This document shows positions 10,367 to 22,548 of a DNA stretch of 64,000 nucleotides, one piece after another. Each line of letters begins with the position of its first letter. The stretch's first letter is position 1. The notes below the pieces were generated by a model. The model did not search any database and was not told the origin of the DNA. It saw only the letters and a list, made by a program, of their open reading frames with translations. Location: positions 1-64,000 of the forward strand of contig NIVC01000289.1 in NCBI GenBank assembly GCA_002269645.1, written 5' to 3'. Source of the stretch: Macrostomum lignano (Eukaryota). The position numbers and the translations under genes were made by a program.

Positions 10367-11748
10367 CATACATGCCCAATACCCATCTGACCTGTCCAAA
10401 TGGGAACTGGTTATTTTAGTGATAGTTACTTCAGTGACATCCATTATGATGACAGGTTACTTTGGTGATAAATGCATATCCCATAGTCTGGATCATGGCA
10501 GGCATATACGCTGGAATGAAAATTCTAGTTTTTTTTTATTTTACTTTTTTATTTCAATTTTACAAATCAATTTGAAATTTAGGTTAAAATAGTTTTTTAG
10601 CAATTATTTTTGTCCTAATGTTCTGTCAAGTTAAGATAAAAATATTTAAGGGACATAACTACTTTTTTTAAGTGAAGGGTTTCTAAGAAATAAACATGAA
10701 AATTAAATCTAACCCTTAATCTAACCTGTAATTTTCATTTTACATTAGTACAAGTATAAGCTTTTGAAAAGTTCTATTTTTGACAAAATAAAAAAGTGTA
10801 AAAGTGATTGGCATGTTTCTGAAAAGTCCTTTTGCTTTGAAAAGAAATCTTAAAATAAGAAAATATGAGCTATTTCTTGGAAACAACTTACTTTAACAAA
10901 ATAAAGACTTCCTTTTTGAAACTGGCCTATTTAAACAAGGTATCAAATTATGAGAGACTTATTTAGAGTATTTATTTCAGCCTCAATATGAAATTATATA
11001 CACATTATATTGTCACTAAGGTGGGCATACATGCGCAACAGTCGGCCGAGTTGGCCGATCCGGCCGACCGATTTGGTGGTGAACCAAGGAAGTCGCAAAA
11101 ATGCCCACCCAAAAAAACCCAAGTAGTAGTACTAAGTAGCTGACGAGGCATTTTAGCCTTATAAGACAGTCATAGTTACTCCTGCCGTTTACCCAAAGTT
11201 GCGTTAATTTTGCTTTAGGTTTTTTTACATGTAAGTCGCATTTTTGGCCAAAAACTATGTCGCATTTTTGTTAAAACTAAGTCGCATGGCCGACCGAATT
11301 TTGGAGGTTGCGCATGTATGAAGGTGGGCCTAACTTGTTACCAAAATGGATGTCACCAAAGTGACTGTCACCAAAGTAACTATAAATTTGTTCAAACTGG
11401 ACAGGTGAAATAGCCACTAGCCAAGGTAATTTGCCAAATTAAAAAATGCAAAAAACAAAAAATTGGAGGAAGAAAGAAAGGAGAGGAAAAGAAAAGAAAA
11501 AGAAAAAAAGAAAAGAGAGAGAGAGGAAAAAGAGGAAAGAGAAAGAGAAAGAAAAGAAAAAAGAAAAAGACAAGAAAAGTCATATACAAAGTGAAAATTA
11601 GGTTGCAATCAATGGAACTAAGTCACAATCAAGAGGAACTAAGTTGCAATTAGGAGGAACTAAGTTGCAATTGGGAAGAACTAAGTCGCAAATCTAGACA
11701 AAACTAAGTTGTACCAGATGGGTAAAATTTTGAGGTTGGGCATGTATG
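10367..11748. mobile_element. Non-autonomous hAT-type element hosting a nested MITE
   Basis: TIRs CATACATGCCCAA / TTGGGCATGTATG. 8-bp TSD ATTATGTT at 10359-10366 and 11749-11756. Subterminal inverted segments near 10395-10460 and 11340-11410. Confidence 0.85.
11026..11320. mobile_element. hAT-type MITE (295 bp), CATACATGCGCAAC family
   Basis: 14-bp TIR CATACATGCGCAAC/GTTGCGCATGTATG. 8-bp TSD AAGGTGGG on both sides. Confidence 0.92.
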
Positions 11749-12069
11749 ATTATGTTAAAGCATACTAAATGTTGCTCTGGTCTCTTGGCGCTTCTTTGCC
11801 AGCGCTTCTCTGGCATTGTCCTATGCTTGCCATAAAGATAATCCTTTAGCTACTACAATTCTACAAAGACTAAGTTATTGCATGCCAAACTAAGTTATTT
11901 CTTGTCATAGATTTTTATCAATTATCAAATATACAGCTTCAAGTAGTTGGCAAATTATATTTGGATACATTGCTCACTTTAGATAGTACCAATAAAACCT
12001 CATCTTGGTATAATCTAAATTGTTAAGTAAATCAGCTCAACTATAAGAAACTAGCAGAATTGTCATATG

Positions 12070-13460
12070 TATGAGGGTTGTTTTGAAAGTTTGCAATCAA
12101 ACATTTTTAACATTAATGGATTGAAAAATGTAATGCTACTCTTCCTGCTTCTCAATATAGGCACCCTTGAGACTTATGCATTTGTGCCATCTCTTACGCA
12201 ACTTCACAATGCTGGCAGCATAGAAATTGGCAGGTGACCTGCTGACTTACTAGCTGATAGCCAATGCCAGGGTCTGTAGAGAGCTATACTCTGGGTTTTT
12301 TAGGGTTGGAAATCTAGTTACCAGCTGGCCCTTGGGGCTCAAAATCCAGTTGCCAATGGCTATTTTTGGTTGCCCATTAGCAATTAGCCACATTCTTGAG
12401 GATAGATATTTCCGAGGCTCATTAAACATGTTTGCACTGTATGACTATGGGAATGAGACTGTATGGGACTTGTGATTGACTTGTTATTCCCAAATGGTAG
12501 CTATTGTTGCCTGGCTGGTATGCAGCCTAGCATTGTCATGCTGAAGCAAGATGCCACAACTCAGCTTGCCATGTTGCTAAGCCTTGATAGCTTTATGCAA
12601 CTTCTGCAAGACTTGGATTTGGACTTGGACTTGGTACTCACTGTTGATTGTGGCACCATTGGGAAGCCATTCAATGAGCAGAATGCCCTCCTTGTCCCAG
12701 ATGACAGTGGCCATTTGCTTGCCAGCTAAAGGTGCAGTCAAGGCCTTGACAGGTGTGGGCTCTTGGCTAGCCTTCCACACACTGCTCTGTATCTTGGGGC
12801 TCTGGCGCACTATAATGGAACCAGGATTCATCCCTAGTCATAATCCAATCCAAAAAGTTGAGATCACTGATTCACTGCGATATGACTGGAGGAGCTGCTG
12901 ATACACCTGGACCTGCTCTTGCTGCTGTCAGAATTTTTGGGACCCAACAAGCAACAATACGCAACATATTGAGCTCAACCATCATCATTGAGTGAATGGC
13001 CATTGATGAGATGCCAGTAATGGTTGACAACTCTCCCACTGTGGCTTGGCAGTCAACATCCAGAGCACAACACACAAGCTTGATATTTGACCTGTTGACT
13101 GTGGTGGCAGGCCAGCTACTCCATAGAAGGTCATCGACCATCACTTGTTAACCATGGTTTTTTATGGTGCATATTTAACATATGTTGCTTGCACCTTGCA
13201 AAGAATTTTCACTTGTTGCTTCCCTTGCTTTCACAAAAGCTAAATGACACCCTGCTTTGCTTCTTTATTATTCAGCATAGTGAAAAAAATTAGTATGACT
13301 AAAAACACTGCAAAAAGGAAATGCCTGGCTTAAACAAGACCACTCTAGCTTTAAAAAATTCAACATATGATATTTGTCTATGGTATAAAGTTTCAAGACA
13401 AGGTAGTGACTCAAAAAAGATATGCATGTTTGATCGTGGACTTTTTGAACAACCCTCATA
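12070..13460 (-). mobile_element. Decayed mariner (Tc1/mariner) transposon, full length
   Basis: ~33-bp TIRs TATGAGGGTTGTT..., TA ends. Transposase remnants on - strand: VGELSTITGIS (HTH), WVPKILT, MATVIWDKEGILLIEWLPNGATINSEY, LLQHDNARLHT. Multiple stops and frameshifts. Confidence 0.9.
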
Positions 13461-13745
13461 TATATCTTTACAGTGTTAAAGTGTTATACTATTGAAATGT
13501 TAAAATCCATATGCTTTAGGGTATTATTTTAAGGTTAGTAGGGTCTTTTGGGTAATGGGTAAGCATTTTCTTTGCCATGATTAACAGTTTCAAAGTTATT
13601 TTTATTAATTTAAATTTGACTAGGCCTATATTTTGAACAGTTTGTTGTTTTTATTGCAAACAAACTAAATGCTAAAAAAGATTTGTACAACCATCAACAA
13701 TTGCTTATCGACTTGAATAACTTACAGATTTCTATTATACCTTAG

Positions 13746-16700
13746 TATGGCAGAAGATAAAAGTCGAAAAGGAGAGATTGATTCTCCAATCAGAGACATG
13801 ATTGATGAGATCAACATAGATCCAAAGATGTCAACAACTAGCTCATGTTCTGGTAGAATTGTAGTCTACCAGGTATGTCTATTAGCTTTTAAAGAGTGTT
13901 TTCTTTGTTTTCAATATCCTAGATTTAAAACCTTGAATATTCTTGATTATCAACTTAAAATTGTTTTAGAAGCTTGAAAATATTAGGAAGACCAACTGCA
14001 ACTGGCTGCTGGTGCTTCATGAGCCAATTAACCTGGAACAGTTGCAGGACAGCTTGAGAAATGTCACAACTGGTGGCATCGTCTTTGCAAAGTTTGAGCC
14101 CTTCATTCTGCATTGTCAATGCGCTGATATGGAAACGGCTAGGTGTCTGGTAAAGCTTGTTTTTACTTTGTCATATTACCCTTTTCAGAACTTTTTTGGC
14201 TTCTAATCCTAGACTCCCTTAGCCAGCCTCTAAGGGTTCCCAGATCCCGAGTTGCTGCGCCAGGCTCCCAGATCCCGAGTTGCTGCGCCAGGCTCCCAGA
14301 GTGTCAGTTGGTGGGCCAGCTTCCCAGATCCGCAGTTGCAGGGCCAGCCTCCCAGATCCTCAGTTGCTGGGCCAGCCTCCTAGATCCTCAGTTGCTGGGT
14401 CAGCCTCCCAGATCCTCAGTTGCAGGGCCACCCTCAGCTTCCCAGATCCTCAGTTGCAGGGCCACCCTCAGCTTCCCAGATCCTCAGTTGCAGGGCCACC
14501 CTCAGCTTCCCAGATCCTCAGTTGCAGGGCCAGCCTCCCAGATCCTCAGTTGCTGGCCCAGCCTCCCAGATCCTCAGTTGCTGGCCCAGCCTTCCAGATC
14601 CTCAGTTGCTGAGCCACCCTCAGCATCTCAGATCCTCAGTTGCTGAGCCACCCTCAGCATCTCAGATCCTCAGTTGCTGAGCCACCCTCAGCATCTCAGA
14701 TCCTCAGTTGCTGAGCCACCCTCAGCATCTCAGATCCTCAGTTGCAGGGCCACCCTCAGCATCTCAGATCCTCAGTTGCAGGGCCACCCTCAGCTTCCCA
14801 GATCCTCAGTTGCTGAGCCACCCTCAGCATCTCAGATCCTCAGTTGCTGAGCCACCCTCAGCATCTCAGATCCTCAGTTGCAGGGCCACCCTCAGCTTCT
14901 CAGATCCTCAGTTGCAGGGCCACCCTCAGCTTCCCAGATCCTCAGTTGCTGGGCCACCCTCAGCTTCCCAGATCCTCAATCTTTCAAGCAATTCATGTTG
15001 ATTTTGCAGTTGATCTGCGGTCTGAACAGTGGTTTTCGTGAATCAGGAATCGTTGTGGGCAAAAATGACAGATTTACAGTGGTAAGCAGGTTTTTATCTA
15101 CAAATAAAAAAGTTACGCATTGCAGTTATTCATGTAAATGTATGCCTCGTTTACATATATTTGTCTGTCCAATTTTCTAGGCAATCAGATCTTCACAAAT
15201 TATGGAAGTGCCACTCACCAACAATAGCGGCAAAGTAATTGTTCCTGATGAGGTATGAAACTCAGCTATTTGGGTTAAAATGTTTTAACGGGTAAAAATT
15301 TTGAAACTGAACATTTGAATGTCAAGAAGTCGCGTTGCTGAATACGATGACTGACTAAGTATTTGAATTGATCTGTTTATAGGAAAGACGTTTTTGCTAA
15401 AATTGATCACACATACTGTCCTAACCCGGGTCGGTTTGGGTGCCCAGTCTCGAGTACGATATAATATACGTAATATAACAGGCGTAGTGACGCTCTCTCT
15501 GTACTTTTATGGATACGAGCAGGCGTGACGACGCTCTGCGATAATAGGTCAATCTTTCTAGTGTTGTGACACTCAGAGTTCACGCTGCGGCTCGAGGTGT
15601 GATGGTACACTCTCGAGTGCTTCTAGTTTCGATACTGTTCTGTAGGTTGTACACACTAAATAGAGTAACCGATACAGTACTACAATAAGTACTACAAAAG
15701 TACGCAGGGCGTGGGCAAAACGCAGAGTCACGCAATAAATACCCCAAACCGTGGGGCAGACGGCCCCACCGGCTAAGCAACTACCAAAGAAAAGTGACTG
15801 GCCGCGCCGGCCAGCCAATCAAAACCCCGCCTAGGGGGAGGGGCCGCACCCGCGCCAAAGCTGGCTTGGCCGCAGCCAACCAGCCCTGAGCACGGGGCAG
15901 GGGCACGGCTGGGGAGGGGCACGCGCAAAGCCCGGCCGCCGGCCAGACCCTGCCACGCCCGCCAACCCCCCTAGCCAGCCCCAAAGTGCAACGCGCCCTG
16001 CCAACCGACAAGGGCGCATGCACTACAATACCGACAAACTATTCTTAGTATAGTTAATATAGGAAGACTAGCAATCTAAATTTCTCAATCCCGTTGAGAA
16101 AGCAACAAAGAACGATTAATCCTAACTCTCCCTTTGATGCTTGGCCTACCAAGAACTCCCATTTGACCCTTAAAATCTGAGCAACCACCATGAGCCACAG
16201 CATTTCGATTTCAGCAATTCCCCCCTATGAGCCATGGCATCTCAGCAATTCCCCCTATGAGCCATGACGTCTCAGCAATTCCCTCTATGAGCCATGACAT
16301 CTCAACAATTCCCCCTTTGAGCCATGACATGTCAGCAATTCCCCCTATGAGCCATGACGTCTCAATAATTTCCCCTATGAGCCATGACATCTCAGCAATT
16401 TCCCTATGAACCATGAAATCTCAGCAATTCCCCTATGAACCATGACATCTCAGCAATTCCCCTATGAGCCATGACATCTCAGCAATTTCCCTATGAACCA
16501 TGAAATCTCAGCAATTCCCCTATGAACCATGACATCTCAGCAATTCCCCTATGAGCCATGACATCTCAACAATTCCCCCTTTGAGCCATGACATGTCAGC
16601 AATTCCCCCTATGAGCCATGACGTCTCAATAATTTCCCCTATGAGCCATGACATCTCAGCAATTTCCCTATGAACCATGAAATCTCAGCAATTCCCCTAT

Positions 16701-17160
16701 GAACCATGACATCTCAGCAATTCCCCTATGAGCCATGACATCTCAGCAATTCCCCTATGAAGCATGACATCTCAGCAATTCCCCTATGAGCCATGACATC
16801 TCAGCAATTCCCCTACGAGCCATGACATCTCAGCAATTCCCCGAGCCATCGTATATGCCTGAGAAGATTGTACCACAGCGTTGCCACTTGTCATTGGGTC
16901 ATCGGGCGGGTAGGGTGGGTTGTTTATACTGTAGATGGCTAGGTGCAGCAATCCTGTCTGTTAAAAAAGCTAGTGATAAGTAATTAAGAATATACTTATT
17001 AATTTATTACTATCTTCATTCATTCCAGTACCTAGACCAGCTAGTCAGCCTGCTCAACCAGCGCATGCAAGTCACAGCGGAGCGTCGCGACAAATTTCTA
17101 ACTGAATTTCGCAATCGTTTTCGAAGCTCAAAAGAACAGCTTGAATACTCTGTTCAGTGA
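13746..17160 (+). CDS. TYW3: tRNA wybutosine-synthesizing protein 3 (tRNA(Phe) methyltransferase)
   Basis: Exons 13746-13872, 13970-14149, 15010-15081, 15181-15252 and 17029-17160, all GT-AG and in frame. Motifs DKSRKGEID, TTSSCSGRI, KFEPFILH, SGFRESG, AIRSSQIMEVPL and YLDQLVSLLNQRM match the TYW3 family. The true start is uncertain (ATG 13747 follows an acceptor-like AG). Confidence 0.9.
14238..14978. repeat. Intronic minisatellite, mixed 28/34-bp units (CCAGATCCTCAGTTGCAGGGCCA...)
   Basis: Tandem units inside TYW3 intron 14150-15009. They explain the overlapping PSASQILSC ORFs. Confidence 0.95.
15417..16027. mobile_element. Probable solo LTR (Ty3/gypsy-like, 611 bp) in TYW3 intron
   Basis: Starts TGT, ends ACA, flanked by 4-bp direct repeat ATAC (15413-15416, 16028-16031). 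Composition differs sharply from the flanks. No internal coding sequence. Confidence 0.6.
16189..16842. repeat. Intronic minisatellite, 29-30-bp unit ATGAGCCATGACATCTCAGCAATTCCCCCT
   Basis: About 22 tandem units in the last TYW3 intron. Higher-order block duplication 16302-16430 versus 16565-16695. Confidence 0.95.
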
Positions 17161-20100
17161 ATTTGTTTATTGCTAATTGTTCTATAGATATTTCGAAAAT
17201 TGTGTAGATTGTCTCCCTTACTATAAAAATAAATTTACTTTGTTTTAGCTGTTCGACGAAATGGTTGATCTTTGTTGAAACTTGTTGAAACTCGGTGTGA
17301 CGATTATGACGACATCCCAGGATTAAATAACGAAGACAAATAACAACGGAGGCAATTGGTGTGGCGGTAGCACTCAGACTTAACACAGTTGTACGGTACA
17401 ATGGCGATTATTTATTATGGTTAAATAGGCTCGCTCGCTATACATTCCAGTCGGCAATAAAGAGAGGGACTGGGCCTGATTGGGAGCTGAATCCGTTAGA
17501 CCGTTACTATGGTATTTTGGGCACTGCGGCAGGCAACAGAAATGGTGATGGATAGCTAATAGGTTACGACGATGGACTGCGATGGTATGATGGCAATGAT
17601 ATGGAATATAGGCAGCACTATCAGCCAGACAGGATGATAACGAGCGGGCTGGGGGTGGGCGCACAAGGAAAGCTTAATTTTAGGCTAGCATAAAATATGC
17701 GCGGCCTTCCTATTGGCCGGCAAGAAAACCAACTTGAAAACAAAAATTACATCGATCGCATTGTACATTAGGCTTTACGAACGTCGCGCAATGTTGTTAA
17801 AATTCCTTGGGCGTTACTATAAGCAGACGTTAGAGTACGAGACTATCTAAATGACATCAAATTAACGATATTATAAAATGGCACTGCTTACGCTAAAACG
17901 GCCCTTGTCGGGGCCACCTTAACTGACAACGTCACACCCGGGAGTTCTCAGATATCATTAATGTATTATATGTAAAATTACTATGTGTAAGTGTGAATGT
18001 ACATACATTGTACATTAAATAAATTAACATGTACGTGCCAGTATATAACACTGGACACTAGCATGTACAATTTGTATACATGTAAATTCGTTACAAATTA
18101 CGGTTTCGACAGAATCGTCAAATCAAAGATTGCAGCTATAGTGTTTATGCTAGTTTAACTAGTGTGTACTGTTCATGACTGAGACCTGGCTTATTTAATT
18201 CTGGAGCTTATAGGGACGTATTTGATTTCAATGTTGTGAAGGGAGGCTGAGGCATTTACATGTAAGTAACTTAAGGCTTTAGGTTTTTTTGTACCAACAA
18301 AAGCACAATTTACGATAACTACATATTTTGATCAATAAAATGTTTTACTGCTTAAATGTACATACAAGACATTAGGGCTTTTCCCGGAAGGTACGTTCAA
18401 ATGGAAATTTTTTATTAATCATTGTTTCGATCACTTTTATGTGTGTGGACTTGGTACTATTTAGTAAAGAACAGTGTATGAAAAATACTAATCATTAAAA
18501 TTGTAATATGCTTTTATCTATTTTATAATACTAGCGAGCTGTTGAAACCCGCGGATTTTGAACCCGCTGAATTCCGATCCCCAGAACTGTTTTTCCATGC
18601 ATTCCTAAATCTAAAGTCATACTCAAACAAACACTTGTAAGTAGTGGGGATATAGGTAAACAAAAGTTGGAGTAAATGTGTATTAAATTAAGATTTGAGG
18701 CCTTTAAAACTTCTCTCCTCTCCTCACTCTTCTCATCCATGTCCACTTTTCTATCACTCCTCTAGTCCTCTCCTGTCCTCTCTCCTTTCTACTCTTTTTC
18801 CTTCTCCTCTCCTCTCTTCTCTCCTATTTCCTCAATTCTCTCTCCTCTCTTTTTGGAATTAGAATTGCATAGAATAGGATGCAGGGTAAAGGTGTAAACA
18901 ATTTGCAGAACAGTAAATCATTGTTAGGGATATTAGTAGGAGGTTAGTAGAATATGCAAATGCATTTTGTGTTAGGGGCCTAGAATTTGCAAGTAGCAGG
19001 GCATACGTAAATACATACTTTTACATAAGTAAATACATATAGACAACAGAGTTTAAGTTACAATTACAATAAATAGGATTTTGTACATTTCACACTATGT
19101 ATGAATGTTTATTTAGTACCATTTTTTCAAGTTTAGGCTCTATCACTATTAAAAGGAACAAACTCTATTACTGACAGAGTTTGACTAAGCATTTTAACTA
19201 TCAATGAGTTTATTTCTAGGTTTAATAATCATTATTTAATTGAATGACATAACAAATACAAATAGTAGTATATATGGGTCCTAGTCATTTTGTCAACTAG
19301 CATTTTGTCAACTAGCGATTTCCTCAACTTGGTTTTCTCATTAGTTGTTTTGTCAACTAGCCAATGAAGTGATCTCAAACCTCGGTCACTTTGAGATTAA
19401 TCCTTATTCCTTCACCTCTCCTTTCTTCTTTTTCCTCTCTAACCTAATAGACATATAATCTGGTTAGGCCTAATCCTAACATTCTATCTTAGCACTTGTT
19501 TAGTCTCTTACAATTGGCAGTAAAGTTGCCACAAAATTTGTTCTAATAATTAGAAGTTTAATGTTAATAAAAAGTATATAGGCCAAATCAAACTAAGAGC
19601 TGATTTTAAAATCACTTGACTTTTTTATTAAAAAAATCATAAAAAGTACAATATAAGTTGTATTATACTATTAGAAAGCTATCCTACCTCCAAAAGGTAT
19701 AATGCATGACAGAATTTTTCAGCATGCATTTAAAAAGTGTTAACATGCATGCATAGCATGCCATATTCCTAAAGATACTATTTTTAGGGAAAATTCTTAT
19801 ATGCAACAAGGTCTAAAGCAGTCTTGTACCTCATGTATAGCATGTATCAAAGAGTTGATAATTTTTTTGGTTTGCTATATAATAGCCTAGCTGTGCCATA
19901 TGGAAAATATTTTTAGTCCTTAGTCTTTAGTCTCTTTATATTTTTATTAGTTTTATCTTTTTAGTATATCCTAGTCCTTTTAAAACATGACATAAATTCT
20001 TATTTTAAATAAGAATTATACATTTTCATTAAAAGGAACATAGTTAATTTAATAACTAAAAAGCAATAAAATATATTTAGGTTGCAAGAAAAGAAGCAAT

Positions 20101-20667
20101 TCTATAAGCATTTTTTATCTATAGTCTCATATCATAAAGTCAAAACACAAAAAGGTCCTTTATTGTTACAATGCTCCAACTTGCAATCCCCTCCCCCTGG
20201 TCCATTGGTACACACTTGGTGGATTTGATCCAACCCTCCCACATCTATTATGCAGAACAAAAAATTCTATGTGCACATTGCATATTTGGGAACTATAGAG
20301 GACACTAGCAATCTATGCCCTCTGTTGGGGAGCCAAAGAAATGCAATACTTGCAGAACTTGCCATATTTAAATAAGTAAAAGATAAATTAGGAGTGTTTT
20401 TTCTAGAAGTATTAAATAGGATTAGTGTATATAATGTTAAGTATATCAACAGTTTTTTAGTAGATATATATGTTATATTTTTAGTTTAGTTTTACATGTT
20501 TACATTATAAAAATTGCTAAAAAGGTCCTTTATTGTTGCAACTACAAAAGGTCCTTTATTATTGCAACTGCAATCAGTGTTCGTTTGAAGCAATGATTGG
20601 TATTGGCATGCATTGGTTTGAAGCATTCTAGCATGTACTCAGCATGACTTATTTGCAGGGGACTCCA

Positions 20668-20942
20668 CATACATGCGCAACTGCTGGCCGACCTGGCTGA
20701 TCTGGCCACCGTAAATTGTGGTGGACCAGGGGTAAGTCGCAAAAATGCCACCCCAAAGAATACGGACGTAGTACTAATTAGATGCCGAGGCATTTAGGCC
20801 TGATAAGACAGTCATAGTTACTCCTGCCGTTTACCCAAATAAGCGTTTATTTTGCTTTAGGGTTTCTTTCACAGGTAAGTCGCATTTTTGTCAAAAAGTA
20901 AGTCGCATGGCCAGTGTAAATCAGGGGGGTTGCGCATGTATG
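20668..20942. mobile_element. hAT-type MITE (CATACATGCGCAAC family, variant subfamily)
   Basis: Same 14-bp TIRs. 8-bp TSD GGACTCCA on both sides. Confidence 0.9.
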
Positions 20943-21558
20943 GGACTCCATATGACCAGAAATAGCAAGGAAGCATTGCTACCCATTTCATTAACCTTGT
21001 GCACTTTGTATGATCTGGACTATAGAAAGCCATAAAAGCAACAAATTGATCTAGCATATGCTGGCCTATTGTATGCTACTTCCAAGATTTGCTGTGCACA
21101 AGTGACAAATATAGCTTTGTATCATTTTGCCAGCTTAGTCTATCCAAACCTGTTGTGCCATTGATAACTCTAGCAAGTAAGCCATAGCTAACACTATAGG
21201 CACCTCGTACTAATGGAAGTAAGCTTACACTAGGCATTTCATCAACTGCCTACTAGTTGATACTATCACTTTTAATTTGGCTAGCACCATGGCAGTTATT
21301 TGTGACCTAGCATTCAGGCACCCCTTGAAACTAGCTATATATTCTATTGTTGGCATATTTTGTTGATGTTATTATAAAAATAACATTATGTCTCATATAT
21401 ATAGCTTGAAGAAGGCTAAATTGTTTGTTTCCATTTGCAGTTTTAAGTGGCTGCTGGTCATACAATTCTAGGTGATCTAAGAAATTTAGGCATTGAAGAT
21501 GGTATATTGTCTGGCCTTTCTTATATAATTATCCAATTGCTAAGTAAAGCCACTAGAT

Positions 21559-21735
21559 CATGCATATGGAACCCCCTTGATTTACACTGGCTATGCAACT
21601 TACTTTTTGACCAACTTTTTGGCTTGTCATCTAATTAGTACTACAATTATATTTTATTGGGTGGTCATTTTTGCAACATTCCTTGGCTGGGCCCCTCGTC
21701 AGCTGGCCAGATTGGCTAGGTGTTGCACATTTATA
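21559..21735. mobile_element. Old degenerate, internally deleted copy of the same MITE family
   Basis: Reverse-orientation similarity to 20668-20942 (cccccttgatttacactggc; gggtggtcatttttgcaac). TIRs decayed, with CpG loss. Confidence 0.6.
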
Positions 21736-22548
21736 TACAAGATTCTATTCTATCTGCTTGTAAAATGATAATATATATTTTTTGTATTAAATATCTTGAA
21801 ACTAATGTTTTGAATTTGAAATTCATTTCAATAACTACATATTTAACCAGTTTCAAATGTGCTTTAAAGGCAAAACAAAGAATAATATTTGTTATTAGGC
21901 TTATTTGATTATGATAATATTTTCAATTTTATAATTGTTTGTTATTTATTATATTTATTTTAAGTTGAATAAACTCTAAATGCTAGATAAATTAAGCTGG
22001 CTAGGTTTATAAATGTAATACTTTTTTCATCAGGGAATAAGCAAAATTCGTGAATTAGATGTGCACATTCCAGTCAACCTTGCTAAACTAGCTAGCATTC
22101 ATTTTGTTAAACTTTTTGAAAATTTATAACTTCTAATGAGTTTTTTTGTAGCTTTGGTATTCATGTGAAAGTGCCATTGCAATGGTACCCTTGGTAATAG
22201 GCTTTGGGGATAGTGAAGCTGTTTTATAATTGATAATCTACTTGTTTATTTATTGTCCTTTATGATGGTTGCTATTATCTGTATTTATTGTTTAAAAAAA
22301 ACTGTTGTACAACATTGGGCCTAAGCAAAAAAGATACTATCATTTTTTCAGTATGCCTTTTCAAGATTTTTTTTATTTCTGTTATATTGCTTCCAGAATT
22401 TTGTGAAACTTTAAAAATTGCATTAAAATTGGCTGTGTAACACTTTATATAAAATATGTTTCAGACATCTACTTGAATTTTCTACTAATATGAATGAAAA
22501 TTGTCACACCAATGCTAGTCAATAATTATTGCCAACCATTCTGTAGCC

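Larger units (their letters stand above)
8728..11820 (-). other. Possible minus-strand exon chain (orphan gene, perhaps EF-hand-like)
   Basis: AG/GT-bounded 55-nt exon 11820-11766 (DNAREALAKKRQETRATF), a segment from 9682 reading SIQAKIRIIFTELDKDANYS, and an ORF spanning the MITE empty site that ends at 8728. The joins are not secure. Confidence 0.25.

Noticed and set aside
17072-17401. 109-aa minus-strand ORF
   Set aside because: Partly antisense to the last TYW3 exon, which has the family match and splice signals on +; no domain recognised.
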